Shown here in pieces: positions 49,001 to 56,768 of a stretch of 64,000 nucleotides of DNA. The notes beneath the pieces were generated by a model that worked only from the letters and a program-made list of their open reading frames with translations, was not told where the DNA came from and made no database searches. The stretch lies in contig JAJDUD010000063.1 of the NCBI GenBank assembly GCA_022826825.1, positions 196,512-260,511 of the forward strand, given 5' to 3'. The first letter of the stretch is position 1. Each line of letters begins with the position of its first letter. The position numbers were made by a program, and so were the translations under genes. This stretch comes from Acidobacteriota bacterium. Its GTDB lineage: Bacteria > Acidobacteriota > Vicinamibacteria > Marinacidobacterales > Marinacidobacteraceae.

Positions 49001-49672
49001 GTGCACGGCGATCGGCATCGCATCGAGTTCACGAAACGGATCGAGGACAGCTACGGCGACGCCCGCTTCGTGAACTCCGAGCGCCCCCTCGTCCAGACCG
49101 ACGGCTCGCGGCGGGGCGACGGGACGGTCACCTACGACAAGGGCGGCTGGGTCATGTGGATGCTCCAGCAGGAGATGGGCCGGGAGAACCTCCTCGCCGG
49201 ACTGCGCGCCTTCATCGGCGCGTACCAATCGGGTTCGGACTTCCCCGTGATCCAGGACATGCTGGCCGTGCTGCGGGAGTTCGCTCCGGACCCGGAGGCG
49301 TTCGACGCCTTCACGGCCCAGTGGTTTTTCGACGTGGTGGTGCCGGAGTACCGGCTCTCCGGGGTCACGAAGGAGCGGGACGGCCGCGGCTGGGTTGTTC
49401 GGGGAACCCTCGAGAACGCGGGGACCGGGCGGGCGACGGTCGAAGTGGCCGCTACCGCGAACGAGCGCTGGTCCGACGCCGGGGACGCGGGAAGCCGCAC
49501 GGTCGTGTCCCCGAGCTACCGGGACACCCGGACGTCGGTAGTACTGGACGCCGGAGGGTCAGCCGAGTTCGAACTCGCGGCGGATTTCGATCCCGACCGG
49601 GTGCTCGTGGACCCGGACGTCCTCGTGCTCCAACTGCGCCGGGAGGCGGCGGTCTTCGATTTCCCGGAATAG
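46013..49672 (+). CDS. ABC-2 family permease fused to an M1-family zinc aminopeptidase (1219 aa)
   Basis: The N-terminal ~560 aa are polytopic. The C-terminal part carries the M1 gluzincin motif VVAHEAAHMWWGN...SEGMAHY. The start overlaps the ATPase stop. Confidence 0.75.
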   Translation: MTSLARWAAVARRELTAALRRPSYWLLLGILGLTAFGFSQGNVTISSGEATAGGLRSHVTSVAAQSMFQSVLITAMGVWFLAIGAGLVLIRDAELRVGEIIHGTRLTAREYVWGSFAGALAAFLVIWGLHLGLSAGFNHVLATGADTPHIGPFVPGNYLYPALLLGLPQIVFFAGVPLFLGAWTRRAIVVYAFPVAVVVAVLGFLISWSPSWLDPAINRALMLVDPSGFRWLNETFLKVDRGVDFYNTAPLPPDPGFLLSRVGLAGIGLLAVGAAARNTARRLLQGDTDSLVIGFRRGGGERARPAEAPKSQAAVGRTLRELGMRTVPPGFFAAAKAIGRIEVRELLVRPWLYLFVPLIVWQSVSASLFALGPFDAPLLVTSGAMAARQFNTLSLLVCVLLLFYTVESLMKERTQRLAEIYRAAPVGTGAMLLGKTVGNVVVAGVILGAALVASWAIITGRHLLGNPVGFDLWPFAAAWGGVMVPTFVFWTALVTAAFALFRNRYAVYGVGLAIVIYTVYRMTLAGFQVEGAALSWVTNWLAWNSMATWSDMGAFSLYGWALALNRLLYLSLVPLLLALAAMWFGRQEFDATRILHRLRPRALLRSGLRLLPFAVPPVFLASLLFFGGRAGDQGPDAEEAGKDYWRRNVATWTDFRMPSVSHVELDVELDPPARTASVSGAYTFVNHRDHAYPELPITARPSAPIAWTLDGEPHEPDDRAGLFVFTPERPLAPGDSLTVGYRYDLQHPRGLSARVGGRGEFILDSGVVLTGFSPTFVPVPGYLPGIGVDADNRYDRREYPDDFFEGETEPLFGWGGTPLTTKIRITVPEEYTANSVGRLVSDEVRDGRRTVVWESDHPVRLFNIIAGRYAVKEGRGTAIYYHPQHDYNVEEMSAALDAAREHYSEWFYPFPWELLKLSEFPAYAGLAQGFPTNITFSEGIGFLTKSDPRSHAAFTVVAHEAAHMWWGNILTPGRGPGGNILSEGMAHYATILLHQEVHGDRHRIEFTKRIEDSYGDARFVNSERPLVQTDGSRRGDGTVTYDKGGWVMWMLQQEMGRENLLAGLRAFIGAYQSGSDFPVIQDMLAVLREFAPDPEAFDAFTAQWFFDVVVPEYRLSGVTKERDGRGWVVRGTLENAGTGRATVEVAATANERWSDAGDAGSRTVVSPSYRDTRTSVVLDAGGSAEFELAADFDPDRVLVDPDVLVLQLRREAAVFDFPE

Positions 49673-49699
49673 CCGCCGCGCTTGGGAACGCTGATCACC

Positions 49700-49760
49700 C
49701 GGACGGCACGCCGGCTTGGAACGCCGACCTCCGGTCGGCACCCGCCCGCCTCGGGCGGGC
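49700..49760 (+). repeat. REP/BIME-like element, type B
   Basis: Sequence is CGGCACGCCGGCTTGGAACGCCGACCTCCGGTCGGCACCCGCCCGCCTCGGGCGGGCGG. Confidence 0.6.
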
Positions 49761-49924
49761 GGAACGGCGCACGTTTCTGCGCCTTCACGGCACAACACCC
49801 GCAGGTCTCCACTCCGCAAACCACGCCGATGCCGGCCCCCACCGGAGGACCGGCCAGAGGTCGCCGTTTCAAGCTGTCGCGCGCGTGGTGCGGATGGGCG
49901 GAACGCCCCCGGCCCTGCGGACCG

Positions 49925-49965
49925 CTTCGCGTGCCGACCAGAGGTCGGCGTTCCAAGCCGGTGCG
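49925..49965 (-). repeat. REP/BIME-like element, type B, inverted relative to 49700-49760
   Basis: Sequence is CGTGCCGACCAGAGGTCGGCGTTCCAAGCCGGTGCGCCGAC. Confidence 0.6.
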
Positions 49966-49971
49966 CCGACC

Positions 49972-52137
49972 CTACTGCTGGGCGTCCGTGGTGGCCTCCT
50001 CCGGCAGCTCCCCGAGCTTCACCGCCCAGAGCCCCGAGTTCCGGTCCGAGAAGTAGATGATCCCCTTGTGGGGCTGGGCGCCCCACACCTGCGGCGCGTT
50101 CGGAAGGAACCCCTCCGGATCGAGCGGCAGGAAGCGGGCGATCTCCCGGCCCTGCCGGTAGAGGTTCCCGAGGAGTTCGCCCGAGACGTCCACGACGCGC
50201 AGGCCGCCGTTGTAGAACGCCACGTACATCACGTCGTCCTCGATCCAGATGTTGTGGCTCCCGGCCTCGGGGACCTCGTAGCGGCCGACCAGCCGCGGCG
50301 GCGCCTCGAAGTTCTCGTCCCACTCCAGGATGTGGATCCAGCCGCGCCAGCGGGTGGGCTCGTCGTCGTAGCCGGGCGTCCCGGTGCCGATCTCGGCGAG
50401 CGGGCTGTAACGGCCGGTACGGGCCGCCTCGTCCCCGGCGAAGATGTAGAACTTGCCGGTGGAGACGCTCCGGTAGGGATAGACGGCGTGGTTCCAGCCC
50501 GTCGGGAACGGGAACTGCCCCACGAGCTTCGGGTCCTGGGGCGTCCCGCCCTTCCCGGCGCCGCCCACGTCGATCACCGCGACCCCGTCGCTCCAGTTCG
50601 CCGAATAGGCGATGCCGTCCACCACCCACACGTCGTGGATCGAGCGCGCCGGGTTGTCGAGCGCGAAGCTGCCCACCCGGTGGGGGACCGAGGGGTCCTC
50701 GATATTGACGATGTCGAAACGCCGGCCGCCGGACAGCGCGTACACGTGTCCCGCGTGGATGAAGGTGTTGTGCACCCCGCCGGTGAGCTGGTCGTCGTAC
50801 TCGGCGAGCTTGCGCACTCCCGTTCCCGGGTCGGACACGTCGAGGATGACGAGCCCGTTCCGGCGGTTGGAGGCGCCCTCGCGCGAGATCACCGCGGTCG
50901 CCCCGTCCTCCGAGATCTTCACGTCGTTGACGGTGCGGGCGTCCACGTGCACCACGTCCACGATCTCCAGGTTCTCGGGATCGGTCACGTCCCAGATGTA
51001 GGCGTGGCCGGCGGCGCTGTGGGTGCCGGTCATCGCGTAGTCGCGGCCGTTCGGGGCCTCCCAGACCCAGAGGTCCGAGGTCGCCCGGTCCTTCACCCGG
51101 CCGTGGCCGACCAGCTCGATGGGCCGGCGGACGCCGCGCTCGGCGACCCGGATCACCGTCGAGGCCGATACCTGCCCGGTGCGCGCCACCACCGTGTAGA
51201 CGCCCGGCAGATCCGCCACGAAGCGGCCGTCCTGGGTGATGAGCCCCGAGGAGGGGCCGCCCATTCCCATCGCGTCGGTCATCGCCGAAACGCTGAAGCC
51301 GACGGGAACGTCCTCGAGCGTCGCTCCGCCCGCGTCGGTCATCGTCACCTTGAGATGCGTCACGTCGCCCGTTCGGGCGGTGCTCCGGTCAGGAGTCAAC
51401 TCCATCTTCGCGACCGGGTTCGGAACCACCTCGACCGCCATCTCGGCGGTGGCGGCCCCGGCGGTCGCCGTGATCGTCACCGCTCCCGGGGCGCCGAGCG
51501 CCAGCACCCCGCGGGTGCGGGTCCGCTCGATGGTCGGCGGCCGGGCGATCGGCATGGCGACGGCGTCGTCCGAAGAGACCCAACCGACGTCGAGACCCTC
51601 CACGAGCGTCCCGGTGTCGTCCGTGGGCTCCGCGCGCACCGTCACCTCGGTGCCCGCATACAGCGGTCCTTCGGCGGTCACCGCGAGCGACGCCACCGGC
51701 CGCGGCAGGATGGTGAGCGGAATGCGTTGCTCGAGATAGCCCTCGGCCTCCGAGTTCCGGGCCGACGGGTCGGGGCCGGAACCCACCACCCGCACCATCA
51801 CCGCGAACTCCCCGGGCCGCCGGGTCGAGATCTCACCCTCGCGGGACACCTTGAAGATGTTGAAACCCCAGGTGCGCTTCTCGAGGTTCCAGTACTGGCC
51901 GTAGAGCGGCAGGTAGAGGACTTCGGCCTCCACCTCGTTGCCGGCCTCGTCGAGCACGGTCGCCTCGATCTGCGCCGTCTCGCCGGCGGTGAGGGTGATC
52001 TCCTCGGGCGAGACGGTGAGCGATGCGGGCGTCGGCTCCTCCCCCTCCGCCTGCGCGAACGCGATCGCCGGAACGATCAGGAAGACTGCCAGGAGCGCCG
52101 CCGCGCGGCGCGCAAAAGCTCGATCAGACATCACCAT
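49972..52137 (-). CDS. Secreted protein with Big_2 Ig-like domains followed by LVIVD-repeat beta-propeller modules
   Basis: Signal peptide. Big_2-like TLTAGETAQIEATVLDEAGNEV. LVIVD-like VILDVSDP. The alternative start at 52131 avoids overlap with ggt. Confidence 0.65.
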   Translation of the reverse strand: MVMSDRAFARRAAALLAVFLIVPAIAFAQAEGEEPTPASLTVSPEEITLTAGETAQIEATVLDEAGNEVEAEVLYLPLYGQYWNLEKRTWGFNIFKVSREGEISTRRPGEFAVMVRVVGSGPDPSARNSEAEGYLEQRIPLTILPRPVASLAVTAEGPLYAGTEVTVRAEPTDDTGTLVEGLDVGWVSSDDAVAMPIARPPTIERTRTRGVLALGAPGAVTITATAGAATAEMAVEVVPNPVAKMELTPDRSTARTGDVTHLKVTMTDAGGATLEDVPVGFSVSAMTDAMGMGGPSSGLITQDGRFVADLPGVYTVVARTGQVSASTVIRVAERGVRRPIELVGHGRVKDRATSDLWVWEAPNGRDYAMTGTHSAAGHAYIWDVTDPENLEIVDVVHVDARTVNDVKISEDGATAVISREGASNRRNGLVILDVSDPGTGVRKLAEYDDQLTGGVHNTFIHAGHVYALSGGRRFDIVNIEDPSVPHRVGSFALDNPARSIHDVWVVDGIAYSANWSDGVAVIDVGGAGKGGTPQDPKLVGQFPFPTGWNHAVYPYRSVSTGKFYIFAGDEAARTGRYSPLAEIGTGTPGYDDEPTRWRGWIHILEWDENFEAPPRLVGRYEVPEAGSHNIWIEDDVMYVAFYNGGLRVVDVSGELLGNLYRQGREIARFLPLDPEGFLPNAPQVWGAQPHKGIIYFSDRNSGLWAVKLGELPEEATTDAQQ

Positions 52138-54071
52138 GCCACTCCGTAGTCATCGCCGTGGTGGCTCGAGCCGCCCCAGAAGGTGCCGTGCTCGCGGTCG
52201 AACCAGATGGCGTTGATTGGCCCCGAGGTCCGCGGCGCGAACCGGAGCGAATATCCCATCCCGATCAGCTCGTCGCGGATCCAATCGGGGACCTTGTCGT
52301 TCAGCAGCATGGAGCCCGGCTCCGACTCGTGCGCGCCGAAGGAACTCCGGAGCTGGTAGCTGTTGAAGTTCGCGGCCTCGGCGGCCTCCTGCACGTTCAT
52401 GCCGAACTCGACCACGTTCAGGAAGAACTGCAGCAGGTTCTGGTCCTGGCCGTCGCCGCCCTGCACCGCAAAGGACAGGAAGGGTTCCCCGTCCCGAAGC
52501 GCGAGGCTCGGCGTCAGCGTCGCCCGTGGCCGCTTGCCGGGCTCCAGCACGTTGTAGGGGTTCATCGCCGGGTCGAGCACGAAGCTCTGCATCCGCTGGC
52601 TGAGCCCGATTCCGGTCTCCCCGGCAAGCACCGCCGGCAGCCAGCCGCCGCTCGGAGTCACCGAGACCACCCAGCCATCGGCGTCCGCCGCCTGGATCGA
52701 GGTGGTGCCGGCGAGGAAACCCTCGAGGAACTCTTCGCGCTCTTCCTCGGTGGTCGGCGTCCCCGAGGTCCCTGAGAATTGGTTCAGGTACTCCGCGAAG
52801 GGGTTTTCCTCCCCTTGGAAGGGATAGGGGTCTCCGGGCCCGATCGTGGGGTCGTTCCGATCCTGGAGGATGCGCTCGGCGCGGTGCCGGGCGTAGTCCT
52901 TCGAGAGCAGCCCCCGGATCGGCTCCTCGGGCGGGAAGTAGGGATCGCCGTAGTAGAAGTCGCGGTCCGCGAACGACAGGCTGATCGCCTGGTAGAGGGT
53001 GTGGATGTAGCGCGAGCTGTTGTAGCCCATGCCCTTCAGGTCGAAGGGCTCGAGGATGTTCAGCGCCTGGAGGAGCACCGGCCCCTGCACCCAGTGGGTC
53101 AGCTTGTAGACCTCGATCCCCTTGTAGTTCGTGGAGACCGGCTCCTCGATGTGGACCTTCCAGTTCGCGAGGTCCTCGGTCGTGATCAGGCCCCCCTGCT
53201 CCTGGACACCCCGCGCGAATTCTTCGGCGACGTCTCCCTTGTAGAAACGGTCGTAGGCCGCGTAGATCGCCTCCTTCCGGCTCTTGCCGGCGGCGAGCGC
53301 CTCCGCTTCGGCGTCCACCAGCTTGCGGAGGGTGGAGGCGAGTTCGGGCTGGCGGAAGACCTCGCCGGGGCGCGGGCCCCCGGCGCTGAACGCGCGCGTC
53401 GAGGAGTCCTCGCGGTCCCAGTAGTTCCCGGTCTCGTCCTGCGGTCCGGAGGACGCCGAGCGCTCGTCGCGGTGGGGCAGCAGCGTCCGGCGCGAGTACG
53501 GCCACTCCGCGATCCGGTCGGCCCCCCGCTGGATCCCCCGCGCGGCCGAGGCCTCGATGGGGTAGCCGTCGGCCATCTGGATCGAGGGCGCGAGCACCTG
53601 CGCGAGCGACATCGTGCCGTACTCGGCGAGCATGACCAGCAGCCCTCCGGGAGTCCCCGGCGTCACCGCGGCGAGCGGGCCGACCGCGGGCGGGTACTCC
53701 ATGCCCTGCTCCTGGAAGTACGCCGGCGTGGCGCCGGTAGGCGCGACCCCGAGCGCGTTGATCCCGATCACCTTCTTCTGCTCCGGATGCCAGATCAGCG
53801 CCTGGGTCTCGCCGCCCCAGCTCAGGGCGTCGAACATGGTCGCGGTGGCGCCCAGCATCGCGCAGGCGGCATCCACGGCGTTGCCGCCCTGGTTGAAGAT
53901 CATGGCTCCGGCCGTCGCACCCAGCGGCTTCCCGGTGATCGCCATCCAGTGCTTCCCGTGGAGGACGGGCTTTTGCGGCCGGACGGCGGCGGACGTGGTG
54001 GCGACGGCCAGGGCCGCCACCACGCAGAAAAAGACGGGCAGCGCCCGAAGAGAAGAGGAATTGCGCTTCAT
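52131..54071 (-). CDS. ggt: Gamma-glutamyltransferase
   Basis: Signal peptide MKRNSSSLRALPVFF. FNQGGNAVDAACAMLGA matches the GGT N-terminus. The putative autocatalytic Thr lies in GTTSIQA. Confidence 0.8.
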   Translation of the reverse strand: MKRNSSSLRALPVFFCVVAALAVATTSAAVRPQKPVLHGKHWMAITGKPLGATAGAMIFNQGGNAVDAACAMLGATATMFDALSWGGETQALIWHPEQKKVIGINALGVAPTGATPAYFQEQGMEYPPAVGPLAAVTPGTPGGLLVMLAEYGTMSLAQVLAPSIQMADGYPIEASAARGIQRGADRIAEWPYSRRTLLPHRDERSASSGPQDETGNYWDREDSSTRAFSAGGPRPGEVFRQPELASTLRKLVDAEAEALAAGKSRKEAIYAAYDRFYKGDVAEEFARGVQEQGGLITTEDLANWKVHIEEPVSTNYKGIEVYKLTHWVQGPVLLQALNILEPFDLKGMGYNSSRYIHTLYQAISLSFADRDFYYGDPYFPPEEPIRGLLSKDYARHRAERILQDRNDPTIGPGDPYPFQGEENPFAEYLNQFSGTSGTPTTEEEREEFLEGFLAGTTSIQAADADGWVVSVTPSGGWLPAVLAGETGIGLSQRMQSFVLDPAMNPYNVLEPGKRPRATLTPSLALRDGEPFLSFAVQGGDGQDQNLLQFFLNVVEFGMNVQEAAEAANFNSYQLRSSFGAHESEPGSMLLNDKVPDWIRDELIGMGYSLRFAPRTSGPINAIWFDREHGTFWGGSSHHGDDYGVAW

Positions 54072-54117
54072 GCCGCAGATTGTGCGGTTCCCGGCGCGGG
54101 GAGGCAACGGTGAACGC

Positions 54118-55254
54118 TCAGAGCCGGGAGTTCGGCTCGCCCGGCGCCTCGAACGAGGGCACATCCAGCCAGTAGCGCGTGTGGCGGCGCGAGCCGGTGC
54201 GGCGCAGCGCCCCCTTCGCCACCAGGTCGGTGAGGTCGCGCGTCGCCGAGGAAGCCGCGGTCCCCGTGATTCGCTGGTAGTTGCCGGCACTCAGACCGCC
54301 CTGGAAGCCGTCCGGCTCTTCCTGGAACAGACGGGAAAGCACCTTCCGCTGGCGCTCGTTCAACCGGTCCCGGAGGCGGTCGAACATCCGCCTTTGTTCG
54401 ATGGACCGGATGAGCCGCCGCTCGCTCCAGACCTGCGCGTCGAGTGTCGTCTCCGCGAACCAGGACAGCCAGTCGGTGACCTCGAGAGAGCGGCCCGCCC
54501 GTCCCAGCCGGTCGTAGTAGGCGCGGCGACGCCGGGAGATCATGCGGGAGAGCGCAATCACGCTCGGCGCGCCGAGCGATTCGGCCAGCGCCTTCTGGGC
54601 CAGGGCGCGGGCGATCCTCCCGTTGCCGTCTTCGAAGGGGTGGACGTGAACGAAGTACAGATGCGCCAGGCCGGCCCGGGTCAGCGGGGGCAGCGAAGCG
54701 TCCGCGGATCCCGATGCGCGATACCAGCTCACGAACCCGCTCATCGCCTCCGGGACCTCGCGCGACGGAGGCGCTTCGTAGTGAACCCGACGGCGGCCGA
54801 CAGTTCCCGAGACGACCTGCATGGCCTCGGAATGGCGGCGATAGTCACCAATCACCGTGAGCTCCGGGCGGTCGCGCATCAGGACGCGATGCCACTCCCG
54901 CATCGTCTCGTGGGTCAGCGGCCGGTCGAACTCCCGGTAGAGCGCGACCATCATCTCGGCGACTCCGGACTCGGCCGGCGACGCCTTGCGGCGATCCGCC
55001 GACAACCCGAAATGCCGGCGAATCGAGGAGCGGACCGAATCGCGGTCCAGGATCTCACCCTCGATGGCGGAGGTCTCGACCGCTTCCGCGGTCAGCCATT
55101 CGATCCGCAGCTCCTCCCGCTCGTCCTTGCCGAGATGGACGGCGGCGCCCACCCGCCGTCCCGATTCGTGGAGGAAACGGTTCTCCAGGACCTGCAGCCG
55201 GAGCCGGTCCCACTCGTAGCGGGGCCAGTCGGGGAGTTGCCAGATCCAGCGCAT
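54118..55254 (-). CDS. Fic-family protein (class II). N-terminal DUF4172-like region and Fic AMPylation motif
   Basis: Fic motif HPFEDGNGRIARAL. Inhibitory helix motif TSAIEGE, which fits (S/T)xxxE(G/N). Confidence 0.85.
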   Translation of the reverse strand: MRWIWQLPDWPRYEWDRLRLQVLENRFLHESGRRVGAAVHLGKDEREELRIEWLTAEAVETSAIEGEILDRDSVRSSIRRHFGLSADRRKASPAESGVAEMMVALYREFDRPLTHETMREWHRVLMRDRPELTVIGDYRRHSEAMQVVSGTVGRRRVHYEAPPSREVPEAMSGFVSWYRASGSADASLPPLTRAGLAHLYFVHVHPFEDGNGRIARALAQKALAESLGAPSVIALSRMISRRRRAYYDRLGRAGRSLEVTDWLSWFAETTLDAQVWSERRLIRSIEQRRMFDRLRDRLNERQRKVLSRLFQEEPDGFQGGLSAGNYQRITGTAASSATRDLTDLVAKGALRRTGSRRHTRYWLDVPSFEAPGEPNSRL

Positions 55255-55272
55255 GGGCGATAGAGAGATCTT

Positions 55273-55309
55273 CTATAGCCCACATTATTGCATATTCCTG
55301 GGCTATAGA
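55273..55309. promoter_or_regulatory. Perfect 11-bp inverted repeat TCTATAGCCCA-N15-TGGGCTATAGA between the divergent fic and methyltransferase genes
   Basis: Lies in a locally AT-rich 60-bp stretch (ATCTTCTATAGCCCACATTATTGCATATTCCTGGGCTATAGAGG). Confidence 0.45.
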
Positions 55310-55393
55310 GGACCCCACTATCGCCCGGCAAGGTGGTGGGGGGACTCCTCCCGGGAGCGTCGCCTGTGAAACGATTTGTCCGCTCCCAACAAC

Positions 55394-56269
55394 ATGAGCA
55401 CGGCTCAAGAAAGGCTGACCTCAACGGCGGACCTCGCCGCCGCCCTGCGCGCTTGGCACCAGCGGGACCGCGTCCGGCTGGTGAAGGACCCCCATGCCGC
55501 GTCCCTGACGAGCCCCGCGCTGCGGCGGATCCTCCGTTTCCCCCCCGCAACCTGGTTCCTGGCGAACTGGCTGCTCGGCGGGTTGAAGCCCGTGATGCTG
55601 GGGCTTCTGATCCGGGCCCGCTACGCCGAGCAGGCAGTGGAGGCCGCGTTCCGGGACGGCATCCGGCAGTACGTCATCGTCGGCGCCGGCCTCGATTCCT
55701 TCGCCCTGCGCCGGGGCGATCTCGTCCCGCCGCTCCGGGTGTTCGAGATCGATCGTCCGGCCATGCAGGCGGCGAAACGGGAGCGCGTCCGGCGCGCCAG
55801 GATCCCGTTACCCTCGGGATTGCACTTCGTCCCGGCGGACCTGGAGCAGGTTTCGGCGATGGACGCCCTTGCCAACTCGGTGTTCGATCCACGACAGCGG
55901 ACCATCGTGTCCTTCCTGGGGGTGACCTACTACCTGACCCCCGAAACTCTGGCCGATTCCGCCCGATCCCTTGCGGCCGGGGTCGCTCCCGGCTCGCGGC
56001 TCGTTCTCGACTACATGCTGGACGAAGCCTCGGCCTGGCCCGAGCACCGGAAGATGCGCGCGCAACTCGAAGCGTACGTGGCGAAGCGCGCGGAGCCCAT
56101 GAAGAGCGAATACAGCCTGGCGGCGATGAGCGAACTGCTGGCTGGCGCCGGCTTCCGCACCATCGAGGGGATCACGATGATGGATCTGGCGGAGCGCTAC
56201 GCGGAGGAGTTGGGCCCCCTGCCCTTCGAGACGCCCGGGCTCTTCGCCTGCGGGCTGTTCGGGAAGTAG
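55394..56269 (+). CDS. Class I SAM-dependent methyltransferase, TIGR00027 / Ppm1-LCM-like family
   Basis: VIVGAGLDSFALR and LVLDYM motifs. ATG at 55394. A TTG at 55376 is also possible. Confidence 0.7.
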   Translation: MSTAQERLTSTADLAAALRAWHQRDRVRLVKDPHAASLTSPALRRILRFPPATWFLANWLLGGLKPVMLGLLIRARYAEQAVEAAFRDGIRQYVIVGAGLDSFALRRGDLVPPLRVFEIDRPAMQAAKRERVRRARIPLPSGLHFVPADLEQVSAMDALANSVFDPRQRTIVSFLGVTYYLTPETLADSARSLAAGVAPGSRLVLDYMLDEASAWPEHRKMRAQLEAYVAKRAEPMKSEYSLAAMSELLAGAGFRTIEGITMMDLAERYAEELGPLPFETPGLFACGLFGK

Positions 56270-56768
56270 GGGCCGAAGAGCCCGCGCGCGCTTCGACTCG
56301 GGCGGCCGCACGCCGTTTCGCTTCCCCGCGAATCGCTGCTCGACCGGCGATGGAGTCGCGGCGCGACGGCGCCACCGGCGACCGGTAGTGCGCGCCGCCG
56401 GCGGACGCCGCCAGCAGCGGATGCGCATGCACCGGACCGCCGAACGAGTCCGTTACCCACCGCGTCGTCCCGTCCGGCCAGATCCCCCGCGCGTTTCGAT
56501 TCGCCGTCAGCGCGAGTCTGCCGCTTCGTCCGCCGGCTCCTCCCCCGCCCGCGTCACCGTCACCTCGCAGGTCCGCGTCGTCACCCCGTCCGCCGCCGTC
56601 ACTGTCACCGTGATCTCGGGATCATCGCGCACCACACCGAACTCGAACTGCTCATCCCGCTGGATCCGGGTCCGCCACAACGGCCGCCGCAGGGTGGTCC
56701 GGGAAGTGGGCGCCCGGTCGCGGGGTCGTGCGAGCGCCCCGCACCAACCGGGGATTCCCGGCCCGCCC

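Noticed and set aside
48568-52149. A 1193-aa plus-strand ORF across the M1 peptidase C-terminus, the REP region and the LVIVD gene
   Set aside because: It crosses an intergenic REP pair and is antisense to the LVIVD gene. Its composition is low-complexity.
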